From: Candidatus Collierbacteria bacterium RIFOXYD2_FULL_45_13
GTDB taxonomy: Bacteria; Patescibacteriota; Microgenomatia; UBA1400; MFAQ01
NCBI GenBank assembly: GCA_001774685.1
Contig: MFAS01000001.1
Location: 897,252 to 961,251, forward strand
Direction: 5' to 3'
Length of the DNA: 64,000 nt
Made by a program: the position numbers and the translations under genes. Positions 60,184 through 64,000 of the stretch are shown here, in pieces; positions within the stretch are counted from its first letter, which is position 1, and every line of letters begins with the position of its first letter. The notes beneath the pieces were generated by a model. The model was not told the origin of the DNA. It saw only the letters and a list, made by a program, of their open reading frames with translations, and did not search any database.

Positions 60184-60873
60184 CTACATTCCAAAATACT
60201 TTGGCCCCTTACCGTCTCCGACCACAATAGCTTTGCTTGACTTAGATTTCGGCTTCACCACCGCAGTCTTAGACTCCATCCTTGTATTTTCATCACCCTC
60301 TTTGTGCTTATTATGCATATAATTGAGCTTTCTTCGAAGGTCGCTCATATTGATGAAGTAACTCGAATACTTTTCGATCAGCGAGGAGTAGTTCCATTTA
60401 TTCGGTACGATAATTTTGGCCAACTTTCCCTGCCGCTCTAGATACTCTTCCAGGCAGAAAAAATCCCCATCACCCGAAACGATGATCGCCTTATCATACT
60501 TGGAAAAGTTGATCATGGCGTGCAAGACAAGCTCGGCATCGATGTTGCCTTTCACCTTAATATCCGTGGTTTCCTTGTTCGTCACTTCCAAAATTGGCTT
60601 GTAAACTAGCTCATACCCGTGTTTCGCAAGAGCATCGTAAAGCTCTTGATTGTCCGGCAGAAAGCCGATAAAGATAAAGGCTTTTTCAACATGCAATTCA
60701 TTCTTCAGATACTCAAAAAACTTACCAAAGTCTAAGTTCCACCCTTTGTAGCGAAAATGTTTCCCATCTGCGGTCCGGATATCGTTTCTGACCCCGAGGT
60801 TCAGATTCTGACTATCAATAAAAGCATAAACACGTTGTTTGTCCCTAGCACTGCTAAGTTTCTTATTATCCAT
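60184..60873 (-). CDS. NYN domain (LabA/DUF88) protein
   Basis: FIDSQNL, KGNIDAE, SGDGDF. Confidence 0.9.
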   Translation of the reverse strand: MDNKKLSSARDKQRVYAFIDSQNLNLGVRNDIRTADGKHFRYKGWNLDFGKFFEYLKNELHVEKAFIFIGFLPDNQELYDALAKHGYELVYKPILEVTNKETTDIKVKGNIDAELVLHAMINFSKYDKAIIVSGDGDFFCLEEYLERQGKLAKIIVPNKWNYSSLIEKYSSYFINMSDLRRKLNYMHNKHKEGDENTRMESKTAVVKPKSKSSKAIVVGDGKGPKYFGM

Positions 60874-60949
60874 ATATATAAAGATGATACACCACCTACA
60901 TATAACCACAAAAAAGCCCCCAGTTTCCCGGGGGCAAGTAAAAAGAAAT

Positions 60950-61342
60950 TTACCTGGTGACATCGTGCCTGAAATTACTATTCCGCAAAGTCGCAACGTT
61001 GCCACTCGTATCATACTTAAGCATCAAAGCTTCAAGCCTCTCAAGAAATCCGTCTGATACTTGCCCCGTTTGAAAAGAGCCAGACAAGTAGCCCACGGAT
61101 ACAGGCTGAACCATAGGTCCACCGCGTGTCTGTCGTCGCTCACCACCTGTACAATCAACAGTCATAACATCATCCACAAATGCCGTTGGGGGAAGCCAGT
61201 TGTGATCAGCCACGTAGTGCAAAATCATGTCCGGCATCACCCAAGCTCGCCCATTCGCAAACCGTAAAGTTACGTCACCACTGCTCTGATGACAAAAGAT
61301 CGATTGTTTATCGTGAGGGTAAGTACATTCATGCCATCCCAT
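60950..61342 (-). CDS. hypothetical protein, tandem paralog 2
   Basis: MG.H.C, GD..L.F.NG...MPDM.LHYV.DH.WLPP..F. Confidence 0.75.
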   Translation of the reverse strand: MGWHECTYPHDKQSIFCHQSSGDVTLRFANGRAWVMPDMILHYVADHNWLPPTAFVDDVMTVDCTGGERRQTRGGPMVQPVSVGYLSGSFQTGQVSDGFLERLEALMLKYDTSGNVATLRNSNFRHDVTR

Positions 61343-61754
61343 CTTTTTTCTCCTTATTTCTCGGCGCCACCATCCAGGGATAATCCTTAGCGGCGATTTC
61401 ACACAACCGCACCAGTTTTTCCTTGAACTCAGCTGTCACTTCTCCGATAGAAAAATCTCCTTGCAAATACCCAATCTTCATATCGATCGGTTTGGGATCC
61501 ATAAGCCCCTTCGTTTGAAAGCGTTCTGTCTTTACCGATTCCGCGTCAAAGCTCAGAACGTCAACAATGAACTCTTGCGGTGGCAGCCATTGGTGATCAA
61601 AGACATAGTGAAGTACCATGTCCGGCATCTCAAACCTGTCTCCATTTGGAAAAACCAATATGATGTCACCGGTACTCGATGGATCGTAGATATGCTCCAG
61701 ATGCTCAGTGAAACCGTGATCCTCCAAGCAATATACACACATATGCATTCCCAT
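61329..61754 (-). CDS. hypothetical protein, tandem paralog 1
   Basis: GGAGG SD; same motif as paralog 2. Confidence 0.75.
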   Translation of the reverse strand: MGMHMCVYCLEDHGFTEHLEHIYDPSSTGDIILVFPNGDRFEMPDMVLHYVFDHQWLPPQEFIVDVLSFDAESVKTERFQTKGLMDPKPIDMKIGYLQGDFSIGEVTAEFKEKLVRLCEIAAKDYPWMVAPRNKEKKDGMA

Positions 61755-61838
61755 ATAACCTCCGAAAATGTCAATATACTTTCACCCTATATTATACACC
61801 ACAAAAAAGCCCCAGGTTCCCCGAGGGCTTAGTAAAAA

Positions 61839-62714
61839 CTAACGATACGCGTCAACATCGAGGTGATAGAGCGACACGATTTGGCCGCCAACTTCTCGAA
61901 AATAGATGGCGGGTCCGTTGATCACCCAATCAAGTCTGGTCTCTGACATACCCAAGGTAAAACCGCCTTGCATTTCGGACACGTCACGGCTTCCCTTTTC
62001 GTCCATTTTGAGATGGGCGTAGATATGAGCAAAGTCCAGATGGATACCGGGAGCCTGAATACCAGTCATCCAAGGCAGATCTTCGCGGATTTCTATGTCC
62101 GTCATGGGCACAGTGAGAGATCTAACCGGCACCACTTTGTTGGCTTTCAGCATTCTCTCGGCCGCTTGATACAAAGCCCAACCGGTCAGAAGATGATCAT
62201 GTTGAGCCAGGTAAACATGTCCGCCTTCCACCACTTCGGTCATGAAGGTCGGGGTTTGAAATCCTGCCCCGACGTTGTCAAAACCTACAACGGCCGGCTC
62301 ATCCGTGGAACCCATCTCGCGAGCCATAAGTTTGAAGGCCAAACGACCACCACACGCTCGGTAGGGCTGGTAACGATCATCTGTTTTTCGACCCTTAAGC
62401 TTCCAGCCAGTCTCTATCTTTTGGCGGGCGACCACCCCCAGATCCACAAAATCACGCAGAGTGAGATGTAGGTCACTTGGAACTATAGTCTGCAGGCGTT
62501 TGAGGGTTGTCTCAGCCCAGGCCTCTACAGTCATTCCGGGTGTCTTCGCGAAAGCTTCCAGTCCGGCGATCCACTCGGGAAGCATCCTCACAAAGCCTAC
62601 CTGTTCATCCGAAGGAATTCCTGCCAACCAATGTGCTTCAGGCGTTCCCACAAAGCTAGCCGCCGTGGCAAACATCTTGGCACCAATCATCGTCGGAAAT
62701 ACTTGTGATGACAT
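61839..62714 (-). CDS. hypothetical protein
   Basis: AGGAG SD; own promoter and terminator. Confidence 0.75.
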   Translation of the reverse strand: MSSQVFPTMIGAKMFATAASFVGTPEAHWLAGIPSDEQVGFVRMLPEWIAGLEAFAKTPGMTVEAWAETTLKRLQTIVPSDLHLTLRDFVDLGVVARQKIETGWKLKGRKTDDRYQPYRACGGRLAFKLMAREMGSTDEPAVVGFDNVGAGFQTPTFMTEVVEGGHVYLAQHDHLLTGWALYQAAERMLKANKVVPVRSLTVPMTDIEIREDLPWMTGIQAPGIHLDFAHIYAHLKMDEKGSRDVSEMQGGFTLGMSETRLDWVINGPAIYFREVGGQIVSLYHLDVDAYR

Positions 62715-62833
62715 AATTCTCCTTTTTGAGCACAAAGCCCTGTTTCAGTTTTTCAGAGTTCAAAACACCCCATATTGTAACATAAAACCCCGCTCTCTTT
62801 CGAGAACGGGGCATGGTTCGATCAGGCGCAAGA

Positions 62834-63646
62834 CTAAATAATGATAATTAGCTTTGTGCCAAAGAGATTAGACGGATCTAGCCGGTCCACCAACCCAAAG
62901 ATGGGGTAAGTGCCCGGATAATTTCCGGACGCTGTTTGAACCGACAGGGTAAGCGACTCTCCGGCAGGCACAGTGCCACGCCAAGAGAGAGTGATCCCGG
63001 TGCGGTTTCCCTCAAGCCAATAAACCTCACCACCTGAGAAAGAATAGTTTGTACTACCATCCGTTCCCGCGTGGAACACCGTCATCGCCATGTCAAAGGG
63101 CAGATCCAGGTTGGTCTCGTTGGTTAATGTGAGGTCAACGAAGAAAATCACCCCACCCCTGCTGACCACATCAGGCGCGCTCGAGGTGACCGTTAGGCGC
63201 GGTTCCTGGATCTGGATCATCGCCTGGTGCAAAGTCCAGGTGTTTTCTGCAGACACCAACGTCTGCGATCTGGAGATGTCCGACCGGAGAGTTACCTCAA
63301 AATCAATTTTTGCCACTCCCCCGCCATTCAAGATGACTCCGTTCCAAACAAAAACAAAATCGGTCTCGTTGGACCGGTCGACGATGCGTCCATCGAACTT
63401 GGTTACTTCAACCGCCGCCACAACACTTTTCGAGAAGCTGATTCTCCAACCCTTAACCAGGGCAGGACGACGGTTGTTGTTCCTTGCAACGATGGATACC
63501 TGGACAGTTTCACCCTGGTAAGCAGTGGTCGGGGCCACCACCGACAGGCTCAGGGGCGCCAAAGCCGCCTGAGGCATGGCCAACACGGGAGTGAAGCTCA
63601 CGCCAAGCAAGACTATGGCCAGAAGCAATACTGCAATCTTCTTCAT
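62834..63646 (-). CDS. secreted protein with two Ig-like (DUF11-like) repeats
   Basis: Signal peptide; two AP....G....N...W.G....G repeats. Confidence 0.75.
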   Translation of the reverse strand: MKKIAVLLLAIVLLGVSFTPVLAMPQAALAPLSLSVVAPTTAYQGETVQVSIVARNNNRRPALVKGWRISFSKSVVAAVEVTKFDGRIVDRSNETDFVFVWNGVILNGGGVAKIDFEVTLRSDISRSQTLVSAENTWTLHQAMIQIQEPRLTVTSSAPDVVSRGGVIFFVDLTLTNETNLDLPFDMAMTVFHAGTDGSTNYSFSGGEVYWLEGNRTGITLSWRGTVPAGESLTLSVQTASGNYPGTYPIFGLVDRLDPSNLFGTKLIIII

Positions 63647-63730
63647 AATATTCACCTCTTTTCAATGTTCAGGATTTTTCAAACAGCCGTTATCATAGCA
63701 CGAAAACACCAATATTGCAAGATTATGGGC

Positions 63731-64000
63731 CTAAAACACCCTCTCGCGATACTGCAAGGCCTCTCCCAAATGCCCAGCCAGAATATCTTCACTTCTTTCC
63801 AAGTCAGCTATCGTTCTTGCCACTTTCAAAACTCGGAAATAACTTCGGGCCGATAGGTCGAACTTCTCCATTGCCAAACGCAGAATATGAACACCATCAA
63901 TATCCAATCGGCAAAACTCTTTCACCTGTTTGTTTTTCATCTGAGAATTACAAAAAATCCCAAACTTTAACAATCTTTCACTTTGTTTTTCCCTGGCTTT
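63731..64000 (-). CDS. comM: YifB/ComM Mg-chelatase-like ATPase, C-terminal part (partial)
   Basis: LSARSYFRVLKVARTIADL...EALQYR. Confidence 0.88.
   Translation of the reverse strand, partial: KAREKQSERLLKFGIFCNSQMKNKQVKEFCRLDIDGVHILRLAMEKFDLSARSYFRVLKVARTIADLERSEDILAGHLGEALQYRERVF

Noticed and set aside
1-64000. CRISPR array, rRNA or alternative genetic code (UGA=Gly)
   Set aside because: No regularly spaced repeat-spacer array, cas gene or rRNA was seen, and conserved genes translate intact under code 11.

Overview
A 64-kb chromosomal segment, most likely from a Patescibacteria (CPR, Microgenomates-like) bacterium using the standard code. This assignment is inferred from gene content, leaderless housekeeping genes and a giant surface protein. 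The backbone is the ancestral cluster tRNA-Thr/Tyr/Thr, rpmG, tRNA-Trp, secE, nusG, rplK, rplA, rplJ, rplL. It keeps its order and strand but is stretched over about 42 kb by dozens of short, self-contained transcription units of unknown genes. These units share a common layout: sigma70 promoter, often a CCYATAGG-like box, a boxA-like ACYTTRAMA leader motif, a strong Shine-Dalgarno, one to three ORFs and a CCCCGCC/GGCGGGG-type terminator. Most housekeeping genes are instead leaderless. Other highlights: (1) an HTH-multi-TM-dCache one-component receptor heading an operon with a 2150-aa fibre-like protein; (2) a leader-peptide attenuator upstream of an M20 dipeptidase; (3) Elp3 next to a Trm9-like methyltransferase; (4) a release-factor-like domain with GGQ changed to GGG; (5) a ~430-nt structured non-coding region; (6) a 150-bp element at tRNA-Tyr; (7) a 1.6-kb AT-rich gap. 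All calls are by eye, and no database searches were run.
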